From Pseudovirgaria hyperparasitica (Eukaryota): DNA of 64,000 bases. The stretch lies in the NCBI GenBank assembly GCA_010093815.1, contig ML996571.1, one strand, 5' to 3'. Below, piece by piece: positions 25,803 through 37,812 of this stretch (the stretch's first letter is position 1; each line of letters starts with the position of its first letter). The notes beneath the pieces were generated by a model that saw nothing but the letters and a program-made list of their open reading frames with translations, made no database searches and was not told the origin of the DNA. The position numbers and the translations under genes are program-made.

Positions 25803-27955
25803 ATGACTACTTCTGAGACCTTCCGACCCACAGCCTTGACCGTGCCAATGGTTTTTGTGGGAACGCTTCTTGGAACGCTTGTTTGTATCGCTAACATGTA
25901 CTTTGGCCTGCAAGTGGGAACGCTAAGCACTATGAATACATCAACAGCTCTGCTCTCCTTTGCTATTTTCAAAAGCGCTTTGCAATGGACTGACCTGGCC
26001 TTTTCGCCAACTGAGAACGTCGTGATCCAGACAATCGCGTCTTCTATCGCTGGAATGCCTGTGACAGCTAGTCTAACCAGTATAATACCCGCTTTCGAGT
26101 CTCTTCGACGTCCTGAAGAAGGTGGTTCTTACGTCTTCTCAGTACTAGATCTGATGCTCTGGTCCCTCGGTGTGGCACTATTTGGCACCGTCTTCGCTGC
26201 GCCCTTTCGCTCATTATTCATCCTCCAGGAAAAGCTGCGCTTTCCTGGAGGATATGCAACTGGTGTTCTGGTTGGCGTACTCCATAAGGATGATCAAATA
26301 ATTCGTCGAACAGAGGAAGATAAATCCAACGTCGATATTGTGCAACAGATGCACTCGCATGTCCGAACCACCGAAGCCACGGAGGAATGGCCAGTCAACA
26401 GCACGGGCGGTCGATCATTCGAATGGAAGAGCAAGGTCATGATCGTATCAAAGACTTTCCTTGGAACTGGCATATATGTGAGCACTCATGGCGGTTCACA
26501 TCTGAGTTCTGCTAAATCCTGCAGGTGATCGCTTCTTACTTCGTCCCGAACCTTTCGCGAATTCCTATCTTCGGAACTACGGCTTCGCGAGACTGGCTGT
26601 GGTATTTGACATTGTCTCCAGCCTTCACTGCGTTCGGGATGGTACTAGATCCACACATTGCAATCGCGATGATGCTCGGTGCTGTTATTGGTTGGGGAAT
26701 CCTCGCACCAGTAGCAAATCACAAAGGCTGGGCACCTGGTCCCGTAGAGAGCATGGAGGATGGCGCCCGCGGATGGCTAATCTGGATCAGTGTCGGTCTC
26801 CTCCTAGGTGACGCTCTTGTCCGCGTGGTACACCCCATTATACGATACGCGCATTCTTTGTTCGGAACTGTGCTAGATATCTGCAAGCAGAATGACAATC
26901 ATGACACAAGTTTGCGACAACCCCTTCTCGGACCAAGAGGAACCAGTGTGGAAAATTTGGATTCCTCAGACTCATGTCCTTCTGTGGGCGCCGTCCATTC
27001 TCCCAATTCAGAGAACGAGCTGGTGTCACATCGAGCTTTGATCGTCTGGCTTAGCATATCAACTTTTCTTTGTATAGCGTGCACATTACTTGTGTATGGC
27101 TCAGAGATCCCCATCTATTTAGTTGTGACTTCTATCGCTATTTCCTTTCCGCTTTGCTTGGTCGTCATAAGGAGCGTGGGTGAGACAGATATGGCCCCTT
27201 CCATGAGCCTTAGTAAGTCTGCTCTACACTAGATCAAGCAAAGCATATTGACAGACTCAGGCAACGTATGCCAATTTCTCTTTGTACTCATGCTAGCAGG
27301 CGCTGCACGCAACAGACTCATTACTATGGTTGCCGCTGGAATCACTGAAGCTGGATTGTGGCAGTCCGCTGTTTTAATGACCGATCTTAAGACGGCATAT
27401 CTCGTTCAAGCATCGCCCAAGGTTATGTTCTATGCCCAGCTGTTAGGTTCTTTCATCGGCGTCTTTGTAGGCTCGGGCATATATCGACTCTTCCGGGCTG
27501 CTTACACTTTCCCCAGTGCGGCTTTTCCAGTACCACTGGCGCACTTGTGGGCGAATACAGCTCGCCTGGCGAATGGAGGGAGTCTTCCAAACGGTGCGTG
27601 GCCTGTAATGATTGGTGCTCTTGTTCTTTCTGCTCTGTTACGAATCCTCAACCTCGTCGGTGGTTCAGCAAAGTGGACATTATGGGTTCCAAGCGGGGTA
27701 GCAATGTCTATCGGTGAGTGTAATCTCTTGAAATGGTATTGACGCCCGAGCTAATCATCTACAGGCATGTATGTTACTCCGTCCATCACGCTTGCAAGGC
27801 TGGCTGGTGCTGGGATTCGGCTTTGGTCCCTCAAGTATATGGACATCTCAGAGGTGTCCCTCATGTCGGCGGCCACAGGATGCATCCTAGGCGAGGGTAT
27901 TCTTGGCTTCATTCCTGCAATACTCACTGCAGCTGGGGTACCCAAGCTTTGGTAG
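25803..27955 (+). CDS. OPT-superfamily oligopeptide/metal-chelate transporter (YSL-like)
   Basis: Multi-TM protein with NMYFGLQVG, FSPTENVVIQT, EKLRFPGGYATGVL, GETD and LMTDLKTAYLVQASP motifs. Three introns lie at about 26478-26524, 27213-27260 and 27714-27764. Confidence 0.9.
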
Positions 27956-28277
27956 AACCTAGGCGGGTCAGCATGGACTTACATTATCTATTGCCAGTTA
28001 TGTTACGTACAGTGGGTCTCTCTTAGCTTCCAATGAATTGTACAGAAGGCATGTAAGATAAAAGAGATATACGTTATGCAATGGACAAGTACTGTATGTT
28101 GGGCTTCTCAGAGCTAGCTGCAGCATGCATGCATGGCTGGTGACCATCACATTTGGAATCGCCTACTCCATAGCCGGAGCTTCCGCCAATGGCATGTACT
28201 TCCAGCTCTCATACTCCTATGATAACTTGCTGTTCTTCTACCTCCTCAGTATATAGCTCTTGATTACATATCTCAGA

Positions 28278-28690
28278 ATGACATCTGTATCCAATGCATG
28301 CTGCACTGACAGAGCCTCACTCTGGTTTCTTGATGAACTTGATCTATATAAAGCAGTAAAGCCATATCATTTGGATTTCGATCCTGAAGATGAGCGCATT
28401 CCCCGCACGAATCTCGACCGCAAGGAAGTTCGCAATGTTCAGATACATAGCTTACGCAACCATCTAGAGCAAGTCTTTTGTGGCGAAAGTGGTTTTTTAT
28501 TATGTCAGATGCCGTGACTCCTATTACGGTCAACTCTGACGACGAGAATACTGTTCGAGATCAGTATTATATGTTTCTTGAACATGGAGTACGAGTCTTC
28601 AGTTCAAAACACAAGGCCGACGGGGCTCATATATTCATCATTGATGATAAGGCAGGTCGGTCTCAGAGGCCTTATATTCTAGGTTTTTGA
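28278..28690 (+). pseudogene. Truncated, frameshifted AsaB/CmcJ-like (hydroxylase/methyltransferase-associated) gene relic
   Basis: ASLWFL..LDLYKAVKPY...IPRTN...VQIHSLR...GF ends at TGA 28515-28517. A different frame continues DDENTVRDQYY..., resembling the family pattern as recalled; the C-terminal half is not found. Confidence 0.5.
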
Positions 28691-29217
28691 GAATAATTTG
28701 AGGACTCAGAAGCGCCACGTCAGCATTCCGATTGGATCCTTTCCTTCCTTGATTGCGGCTTGTTTGATGGAGGTAGCCAAGTTTGACGGTGGTACCATTC
28801 TTCTCCTCGGAATGAATACATTCCATGCTGTGCCGCCAGGCTACATAAACTCTCCACATGACCCATAATCCTGACAAGCAACTTGCTGTGACAAGAACTT
28901 TTATCCACCCTTAGGTGTTCACTTAAGTCCAGTAAAGAAGTCGCTCGAAGTGAGCTCCAACGTGTCTCGCCCCACGAGCTAATATTTCGAGGTGCTGGTT
29001 GTTTCTTTCACAGCTGATTACAGGAATAGAGTCCTATATTCACCGAGGTGTGAAAACGTCGAGATCGAGACCGACTTCTCTAACCAAGAACTTCGACCCA
29101 AAGTGGGTGAACAAAGTGATTTCATTATTGGGGGTCATTATCGAGAGACTAAGTAGAGCACTTTAGAAGAACACGATCAGGAGCCCTAGCAGCAATCAAG
29201 ATCGCACGGTCCCAGAT

Positions 29218-31696
29218 ATGTCGACTCCCACCACATCAATGGAGGAGATTTCACTTCCGCGGTTCATGCCAGAACATGTCAGAAACAGAGGATTCTATGG
29301 CCGGAAAGACGTTCTGCGCCAGATTGACCAAGTCTTCCTGCGGGACGAGGAGTCTCCGGACGGCGCAGCTACACCCTCCTCTCATGCCGGAGACCCTCCC
29401 GAAGAGTTGAAAGCGTTTGTCATATGCGGCATAGAAGGCTCGGGCAAGACTGAAATTGCAAACGAGTACATGCACTCGCGCAGGACCAGATTCGATGCGG
29501 TTTTCTGGGTCGACGGCGCGACTACGCAGACGCTCAACACGGGTTTTCACGATATGGCAGATGAGCTTGGGCTGGAGGCAGACAACTCGCTTGAAGGTTC
29601 TGTCATAACAAGAGAGATTGTGAAGGATTGGCTGTCGAACCCCCGTGGAAAAGTGGCAAAGGAGCCACAAAAGCGAGATTCGGATATTACGTGGCTGCTT
29701 GTTTTCGACAACGCAGACGATCCTGATATCATTCACGACTTTTGGCCCACGGGCCGAGCTGGCTCGGTGCTTGTCACTAGAAGATATCCTTTTGCAAAAG
29801 AGGGAGCTTTCGGCAGATTTGCAGGGTTGGATCTGCCACCTCTGCCGGTGGAGGAAGCCGGTCGCTTTCTTCAAATGCTGTCCCAAAGGGAGGAAGAGGA
29901 AGGAAGTCTGGATACCTGCAGAAAAATCGTTACGAATTTAGGCTGTCTACCTGCTACTGTCGTGCTGATTGGCTACGAAATTCGTAGCACACAGCTCACG
30001 CTCAAAGAGAATGAGGAATATTTTCGCGGACATGCGAAATACTTTCATGAAGTCGTAGTGCCTGATTTGACCGAACCTCGACCCGTAGCTGCGACCTCGA
30101 ATATCGACAGCTTGTCGGACCCTGCTTACGCTCTTCTCCGTGTGCTCTCGGTTCTTGATGCCGATAAGGTACCCGAGGAGATTCTCACCACTGGAGGACC
30201 CATGCTCGATCTCGAACATTATCCAAGGACCAATATCGACTATGTGGAGGCTCGGGAAGAGTTGATCGAGTCGTCGCGAATAGTACACAACGTCAAACCT
30301 GCCTTCGTCAGGATCCACCGCCGTGTTCAATACGTTGTTGGATGTAAGATGTCCATAGAGGAGCTACAGGCTGTTTATGATGCGGGTGTCACGCTTGTCA
30401 CGAGCGTGTGGCCTTTTGCCAACAGCTCGAATCTGAACCAAGTCGATCGACTGCGCAAGGTTCAAAAGTATCTGCCTCACCTGTATCGTCTGCGTGGGTT
30501 GATCGAGCAGCAGTACACGTTGGCAGCTCTGCAACCACACATTGGGGTCAGCGCTCTGTTCAATGAGGCTTCGTGGTAGGTGGATATTCTACTATCGAAT
30601 GAGGAGTACCACTAATTCTCAACTCAGGTACTTCATCCTTCAACCCACCGGCTACGGTATGCTAGAGGCACAGAGGTTCGCCAGACTGTCGCAACAAGTC
30701 CTAGATAGAAGTACTAGAGAGCCCAAGGATGAAAAGCTTTCAAGCAAGCTCTTAGCCGATAGTTACCGCTATCAGGGCATCTCCGGCATACACAGAGACG
30801 ATCCCTCCGCAATCTCAAACTGCACAAAGTGGTTAGAGATTCTAGTAGATCGTATTGCCAAATACGGCCTTGAAGAAGACAAGAGAACGCTGCCTATCGC
30901 CTACAATGAGATCGGGATGGCTCTTATGCGCATACCCGATGAGGCTGAAGCGGTCAAGTCTTGGACCATGTCCTGCGATGCTCTGGTGGCGAATACTCCG
31001 CCAGATGCACTGGTGTTTCCCTTCCCTTGGGTACACAGGGGTATAGTCGCCGCTCAAGCCGGAGACGCAGATGCGGCAGAAGCGCTGGTCGCTCCTATCC
31101 TTGCGGCGCGGGAAGAGAAATTAGGGATCGATGATACAACCTCCATCGAGTGAGTCAGGAGTTCCCAGGTTGCTCTTTGCGGGTACTAATCGGGGCAGGA
31201 CCGGTGTCATTCTTGTCTTCATGGGCAACATTAGACTCATCCAAGGACGAAAAGCGGAGGCTTACGAGTACCACAAGAGAGCTGTTTCCATACTTGAGGT
31301 CACATGTGGGGAAAATTCAGTGCAAGCCTCTCTGGGATACTATCGGTTGGCAGTCGACCAATTTGACCGTGGAGAGTTCGAAGCAGCCGCGTGAGTCAAC
31401 AATTGCCATCCACAGCTGCCTCGCACGTACTAATTCAGATAAAAAGTGACAACCTCAAAAAGAAGATCATCGTCTATGGCGATAGCCCATGGTTCGAACC
31501 CCAGAGAGCACGCTTGGCGTGGAAGCGTGGACGAGCCCTCCTCGCTCTAGGGAGAGACAACGACAAAGAGGAAGCAGACTATCTGTTGGAGAAGGCCATG
31601 GAAATGAGAAGAGAACTGGCACCGGGAGACGATCGGGACGAGCAGGAGCTCGTGGATGAGGATTGGGATCGCCTTGTCTACTACTTCTGGCGGTGA
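29218..31696 (+). CDS. Fungal NLR-like STAND NTPase (NB-ARC plus C-terminal TPR-like repeats) with no N-terminal effector domain
   Basis: Contains RNRGFYGR, Walker A GIEGSGKT, FDAVFWV, Walker B WLLVFDNAD, GSVLVTRR, LGCLP (GxP) and IHRRVQ (MHD-like), followed by TPR-like helices (AYNEIGMAL, MGNIRLIQG, YYRLA). Introns lie at 30576-30627, 31150-31198 and 31391-31446. Confidence 0.88.
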
Positions 31697-32345
31697 AACA
31701 GGTGACTCCCGTCATGCGCAGGACTGGTCTCAAGGGAAGAGGAGCTCGCTGTTTGACTGTAGCACACTTGATCTGGAAAACCATAACTCTTTACGAGATC
31801 TAGCTATGAATTTGTTGCGTGGGGCATGGTCAGGATGTTGATCCTTGGTACTAATGCGCTTCAAAATGGCCTTGTTCTTGCCGTTGTGCATTGTTGTACA
31901 GACCGATGTTACACATATCACAATTTACTCAAGGCTACGAACTTCCAATATCGGAACACAAATGACGTACCTGCTAGCAAGTAGATTGTACATGGAAAAC
32001 AGCTTCCGGTGACCTGTGGCTCGGCCTTGTCTCAACATTGATGCGCTCAGAGTGCTGTGTTATTTCCATCCAGATTAATTCTAGCGTGCCCCAAGCCTCT
32101 ATAATCTTGAATTCAACCATTAGTATATCATTGAGGGGCCATATAATTACTTGACTTCCACTGCCTTGCAGTGGAGATGGGTGGCTCACCCTACATCAGG
32201 CCAGGACATTTCATGTGGTAAGGATATGATCCGCCAATATATAGTCGCCAGCCTTTCGTCTACAAATCCATAGGTTACATTTCCATCTCGAGATACAGCT
32301 GTCTCTGGTACACACTACGTCATATCCTCCCAAGTACCAGACGAG

Positions 32346-34185
32346 ATGCAGGACTTGGAGCAAGAGGCAGAAGTAAGGAGTACAAGCAACGGAGCAAAGA
32401 CCACAGACTGCAGTACCCTCTGCGATAAAGATTCACATTTTCAACAGATGACTACGAGCCCGTCCTGTACTGCAACTAAATCGACTTCTGAAAGCCACAG
32501 TGAGTCCACGACAAGGCAGCCGGGTAAGGTTTCACAAGCTTCATCTAGTATATGATTCTGACTTGCCAGCTGATGTGCGATACTCAAGGGTCTTGTACTC
32601 TTTCGCGTCATTGTCACGGCGCGGCCATCTCTATACTGGACAGCACTACAACTCGCTAGCACAGTTCTTGATTCCGAGCTTCAATCGCCCAACACTACCA
32701 CCTGGGAATGAAGGTATCTTCGTGATTGGCCGGAATGTGTCAGGAGGCTCTGAAACAAGCCATACATTCCTACAGTCACCAGAGGATCTTGGCGTATTCT
32801 TGAGAGAGCAGGCAGAAGGTCGTATACTATTCCTACGAGGCTATCCGTCATCAGAGTGGCTGTCGTATCTAGGAGCACGTCTCAACTTGGATTATGAATA
32901 CCTTTTCCAACACTTCGCTCACTCGTCACACCTCGAGAGTGGTGATCTTCTATGCTTACCTCCGTTGTCTCTCATAGCTACAAACACTATACAGCTCTAC
33001 TTCACCACCCTCGGAGTATGGGATAATCACCAGTCTGAAATTGGCGTCACCGAGGCACGATCTAAACTGGCACTTTCATTCAAGTCCTACATGGACGACA
33101 TGATTCATGGAAAGGGTACCAAACTTTGTGACTCCATTGTCCGGTCATTCCACGTACACGACCTGAAGCATTTCTCCATGGATCAGCAAATCACAATCAA
33201 GCTCTTGCGTGTGGAGAAATCTTGGACAAGTTAGTCAATCTCTGACCATGTGGTCTCAAGATACTAACAGCCTTCAGTAATCATCTGGAGTGATGCTGGG
33301 ACTTCTCTTGAATCGAGTCACCGGGGCCCGTGGCTGGATATGACGGCTGACCATTCTTCTTCGATCAGATTTATACCCATGGTACTACAGCTACAGAATG
33401 GCCAAATAAAAGACTTTCTGACAACAACCATGGGCAAGACACAGAGTTCGCAGACCTCATCAATCGCAACATCTGAGCAACTAGCACAGAATCTGTGTGC
33501 GCTACCTCATGATTTCCTCAGGCCCCTCAATGACTTCACGATACAGGCACACCCTTTCTACGCCTTGCACGAGATATTCAGACTTAACGCCGCCTCGGAG
33601 CATCAGTTTCTCAATCTGATGGAAACCAAAGCCCACACACACGGCCGTATGGACAACGATCGACAGCGCAGCATCGCCGAAATCCAGGCCATCAAGCAGC
33701 TCATAGACCAGGATCACGAAAAGATAACGGATGTTCTCGAAACAATCCGCACTCGAGGCGGATGCCACTGGAATCCTGAACCGCAGACTCGCGAGGCGGA
33801 CGAGGCCAGAGAAGCCGCCGAGACGCTGCATCGCACGTTCCGCAAGCTGGAGCGCCGGGCGCACGCTGTCTCGGAGGCTTGCCGGGATGCCATATCGATG
33901 CTCAGCAGCGATGCTATGGTTCGAGAGGCTCAGAAGAGCATGAAGACAGCCGAAGGAATTGCGAAGGTGACTTTCATCGCGTTTGTCTTCGTGCCGCTGT
34001 CCTTTACCACGTCGTTCTTCGGCATGAATTTCGCCGAATTCAATGGTAAGAATCTGGGCATTTGGGTCTGGTTCATGGTCTCGGTTCCTGTACTCATGCT
34101 ATCGCTGCTTGTCTGGTGGTTGGATGGCCAGAAGTGCCGCCGAGCTGTAAGCTGGATCAGAAGGCTTTCTGGTGGCCGGGATTGA
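32346..34185 (+). CDS. CorA-like (Mg2+ transporter-type C-terminal 2-TM, GMN motif) fungal protein
   Basis: C-terminal VTFIAFVFVPLSFTTSFFGMNF...IWVWFMVSVPV, preceded by a coiled coil. The N-terminal part has LFLRGYPSSEWL...GARLNLDYEY...H. Introns lie at 32500-32548 and 33230-33277. Confidence 0.8.
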
Positions 34186-34506
34186 GATGAAGGCTTTCTA
34201 GAGGCATAGCTAGAAGGGATTTCAGACTCCCCACGAACTTGCTCCTGCTGCTAGACTGGTGTTAACGTATCATCGATTACTATGATTGGTTGACTCTCCG
34301 TAGCGACCTTACGTGCCATACGAAGCAGGTATATATATATGCCGCGACGATTGAGTATCCATATAGGACATTCCGGTGACAATGGAGCTTATAAGAACCA
34401 TACAGTCAGTAGAAGGATGTATAGGGGTTGTCCGTACTCTATACTCCACCTGCTTCCCAATCTTCCTCACTCACACACGAAACATACGACAACCGCAACC
34501 CCACCC

Positions 34507-35583
34507 TCACACCCTTCTCCCAAAAAACCCCCCCATCCTCGCCATCACCGGCACCATCTCTCCCATCCCCTCCATCCCCTCCATCCCATCACAACGCGCC
34601 CTCCACAGCAGCTGCGCCTGTTCACACCATCGAAAATGCCCCAGAAACCCGTCCCGCGTATAAACCTTGTCGCGAGCCTCATACGCCCAGTCCTCGCCCT
34701 CAGTGCCGATGATGTCCTCCTCGATCGCGAGTTGACAGCCTGCGCAGCATATGCCGTGCTCGAGGGTGGCGGATAGCGGGTTGTAGTAGGGGAGGGCACA
34801 GGAGCCCATGGACGTGTATTTTGGTGTGTGGGGTAGGGCATGGGGTAAGGGGTGTTGGGGGTGCTGGGTCTGTGTATGTGTATGTGTAGAGGAGAGATGA
34901 GCGTGGTGAGTTGAAACAAGCGTAACGCGGGTCTTGAGTACAGATTCCGCCAACGTGTACACTCCCGGCAGACTCCTGAGCGATCTCAAGCCCTCTGATT
35001 CGCGTTTAGTCAGTCGGAACTGCTTCCGGACGGCGGCACGGGCGTGCAGTTGAAGGGGGGGAGCAGCACGCTGGAGACACGCAAAGCAGCAGCGTATCCA
35101 AGCGACCCGCGACACAAACCCGGCGAACTCACCACAGAGACTACATGTCTCGGTACATAGCGCGGCGTAGGCGTCGCGGAGAGAGACGTGCATGGCAAGG
35201 CGTGTTCGAAGTAGTGCGCAGAGAAGGTTGAGGCCGTGCTGGACGACGATGCGGTATTGCTTGAGCGAGTCGACGATGTCGCGCGCTCGGAGGTTGGTTT
35301 GTCGGATGTAGAAGAGGGAGTGCATGTCTAGATGGAGTAGTATGTCGTGTAGAAGCTCGAGGGGTAGTTGATCGAGGGAGCCGAGATCCGTTTTCGACGA
35401 CCGTGGAAAGGGCGCTGCTATGGACTGACGAACGGCGACGTGCTCACGAGGCGGGAACCAGATGACGGAGAGAGCAAAGTCTTTGCGGTGGTAGGCGGCG
35501 GTTCGAATGATGGCGTCGGCCTGGTCTGTGGTGAATTGGAATTCGGTGACGGAGCGATATCTGGGAGGCATAGGGGTAGCCAT
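34507..35583 (-). CDS. Intronless F-box protein with Cys-rich (CxxCG, CCxxC, CAGC) C-terminal region
   Basis: LGSLDQLPLELLHDILLHLDMHSLF F-box motif, followed by CSLCGEFAGF, RCCFACL, GICCAGCQ and FLGHFRWC. Confidence 0.85.
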   Translation of the reverse strand: MATPMPPRYRSVTEFQFTTDQADAIIRTAAYHRKDFALSVIWFPPREHVAVRQSIAAPFPRSSKTDLGSLDQLPLELLHDILLHLDMHSLFYIRQTNLRARDIVDSLKQYRIVVQHGLNLLCALLRTRLAMHVSLRDAYAALCTETCSLCGEFAGFVSRVAWIRCCFACLQRAAPPLQLHARAAVRKQFRLTKRESEGLRSLRSLPGVYTLAESVLKTRVTLVSTHHAHLSSTHTHTQTQHPQHPLPHALPHTPKYTSMGSCALPYYNPLSATLEHGICCAGCQLAIEEDIIGTEGEDWAYEARDKVYTRDGFLGHFRWCEQAQLLWRARCDGMEGMEGMGEMVPVMARMGGFFGRRV

Positions 35584-35645
35584 TCTCGACGTTGATCGTT
35601 GCGCTGGGATGGGATAGACGCCGTTGGCACGGCCACGATGTCGAT

Positions 35646-35805
35646 AAGGCGTGTAGTCGGGTTTATCTACTAATCATTATTCTATATCCGACATATATCG
35701 TCGTCGAACTCGGCACGGATTCTAGTGGCTACGGGCGCCGCGTCTAGACTAGCGTGTTTAACTCCCTAGCTCTAGAATACTCGGCTAGTTAATCGTAAAA
35801 CAAAT
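35646..35805. repeat. Direct repeat, copy A (RIP-like mutated)
   Basis: Aligns by eye with 37674-37812, with an identical 23-nt core TCGTCGAACTCGGCACGGATTCT at 35701-35723. Confidence 0.9.
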
Positions 35806-36350
35806 TCGTCGCTTGCCTAGAACCTAACTCTCTTAGTATTTTTTATTTCCACACCTGTATTTATATACCTAATCTTTATGGTTATTTTACCTCTCTACCT
35901 CTCTACAGAGACTTGAAAAGTAGAGTAAGGTAATTAATTCTATATCCTTTCTAAGCTCTAGACTGTCTAGTTTACTCTATAACAAGAGGATTTAGTTTCT
36001 TATGGGAGAAAACTTAAAGAAGGTAGGTTTCCTAGAATCTAAACTACTTCTTTTACACCGGCTCTCTTCTAAGAATGTTTAAAAATACTTCTCTATTTCG
36101 TTAACGAGACTTTATAAGGATAAAATAAACTTATAGAAGGATAAAGATGTATCTAATAATCTATTATATCTACTTATGCTCTTATATACTAGTATTTGTT
36201 TACTATAACCGCTCTCTAGGATAAGAATATATATTTAATTAATTAAGACAAGTAAGTATATTGTACAAGTAAGTTATATAGATTATTGTCTCCTCTTTTA
36301 AGATTCACTCTGCTTATGAAAGAGAAGATATACAAATCCTAGTCAGTTCC
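35806..36350. mobile_element. AT-rich, TpA/CTAG-enriched RIP-type relic of unknown origin
   Basis: Abrupt drop in GC with abundant TA/CTAG/TTAA, few CA/TG dinucleotides and no ORFs. Confidence 0.6.
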
Positions 36351-36381
36351 AAGAGCTTTTGGCCTGAAAATCCTCCCAAGA

Positions 36382-37233
36382 TCAATCACTATCGTCCACG
36401 AAATCGAAACCCCCACCGCGTCCCGATTCGTTCACCAATTCGGCACGTAAATTCTCAAACTCCTTGCGCATCGACTCAGGGCTCGCATGCTCGACAAAGT
36501 ATTCAAAGTCAAGCAGTTTCACGCCCTCCTCTCCTTCCTCGCTGACGAGAAAGTTATACCGATTGACATCCCCATGCACAAATCCCAATTCATGGAATTT
36601 CGCGAGAGCGGCCTCGCAGATGCCCAGATCGGCGAGCGCGGCGGGGCGTCCCTGCAGCTTTTCCACGAGGAAGCCCATGATCCGTCCGTTCTCGTGGACG
36701 TGGCCGAGGAAGCGCGGGGCTAGGCCGGTGCCCTGGAGGAGTTGGTATGCTCTTGTTTCCTGCTCGATGCGGGGGAGTTCCCATTCGAAGCGGGCGATTT
36801 TGGCGATGACGGTGGTGGCGGCGGGGGAGTTGGGGGTGGTGGTTGGCGGGATTGAAGGGGGGGAGAGGGCTTCGAAGGCTGTTGCTGTGAGCTGTTCGGT
36901 CTTCTGTAGCTCTAGGCAGTTGATTCGAGTTTGATGCCATGGACGGCTGATGCCGGCTAGGGTTCTGTTCGTGATGGAACTTTGTAAGGCGCCGCTGGAT
37001 TTGTCTCTCCAGATGTGGGCTACGGTCCATTCCTCGTCGTAGGGGAGGTTGGGTAGGGACTGGAGAGGGAAGGAAAGCGTGGCTCTGTCGAAGGTTCCGG
37101 GGGAGATGGTAAGATATCTAATCTGGTTACCGATTTGCAGTCGGTATTCACTTTCATGAGAATCGTCATCGTCTACTTCCATGGACAGGATGACGGGGTG
37201 TATTGACGGGTTTGTGGTTTGATCGTGAGACAT
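36382..37233 (-). CDS. Intronless protein-kinase-like (PKL/APH-fold) protein of the fungal family often mis-annotated 'alpha-galactosidase A precursor'
   Basis: Contains VIAKIARFEWE (catalytic Lys), LAPRFLGHVHE, HGDVNRYNF (catalytic loop) and LLDFE (DFG-like), and ends ESGRGGGF. Confidence 0.85.
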   Translation of the reverse strand: MSHDQTTNPSIHPVILSMEVDDDDSHESEYRLQIGNQIRYLTISPGTFDRATLSFPLQSLPNLPYDEEWTVAHIWRDKSSGALQSSITNRTLAGISRPWHQTRINCLELQKTEQLTATAFEALSPPSIPPTTTPNSPAATTVIAKIARFEWELPRIEQETRAYQLLQGTGLAPRFLGHVHENGRIMGFLVEKLQGRPAALADLGICEAALAKFHELGFVHGDVNRYNFLVSEEGEEGVKLLDFEYFVEHASPESMRKEFENLRAELVNESGRGGGFDFVDDSD

Positions 37234-37673
37234 TGTTACCGTAAGACCGCCTTCGCTGTGGGATCGCTAGTTGAATGAGGTGGGAGGAAAGTGGCGCTTG
37301 CACGTTTATGCTTCGACTTTTCCTTTATCGCTGCTATGGCTCCTTCTTTTCCTTTCATCATTATTTTTAGAAGAACACGTCTCGTGAAGGCACTTTAGGG
37401 ATTCAATGAGATGGGCTCCTTGGCAACCGAACCCGCTTAGCATTCGTCGGGCGGTTGATCAGGCCAATGAAGGGGGTCCCTACAGTACTCTGATCACTTT
37501 TCTAAAACATTGTAGACGCAGCGGCTAAAACTAGTCTACAAGTCACCGATTGGTCCAAATTTCCTTGCTGCCTAAATCAAAAGGAGGCGGCGGTGTTGGG
37601 CTGGCGACAACGACTGCAGTGATAGGCTAGGCAGTCGTTTATACCATCGCCCGAGTCCTTGGGTAGTGCGTCC

Positions 37674-37812
37674 AAGGCGTGCGGCTGGGTTTGTGTATCA
37701 ACCGTTATTCTATGTCCGACATGTGTCGTCGAACTCGGCACGGATTCTCGTGGTTGCGGCGGCGTGTTTAGAACTAGCGTAGGATGCTCGGCTAGTTGAT
37801 CGCAAGACAAAT
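37674..37812. repeat. Direct repeat, copy B (less mutated)
   Basis: Aligns with 35646-35805; the core lies at 37726-37748. Confidence 0.9.
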
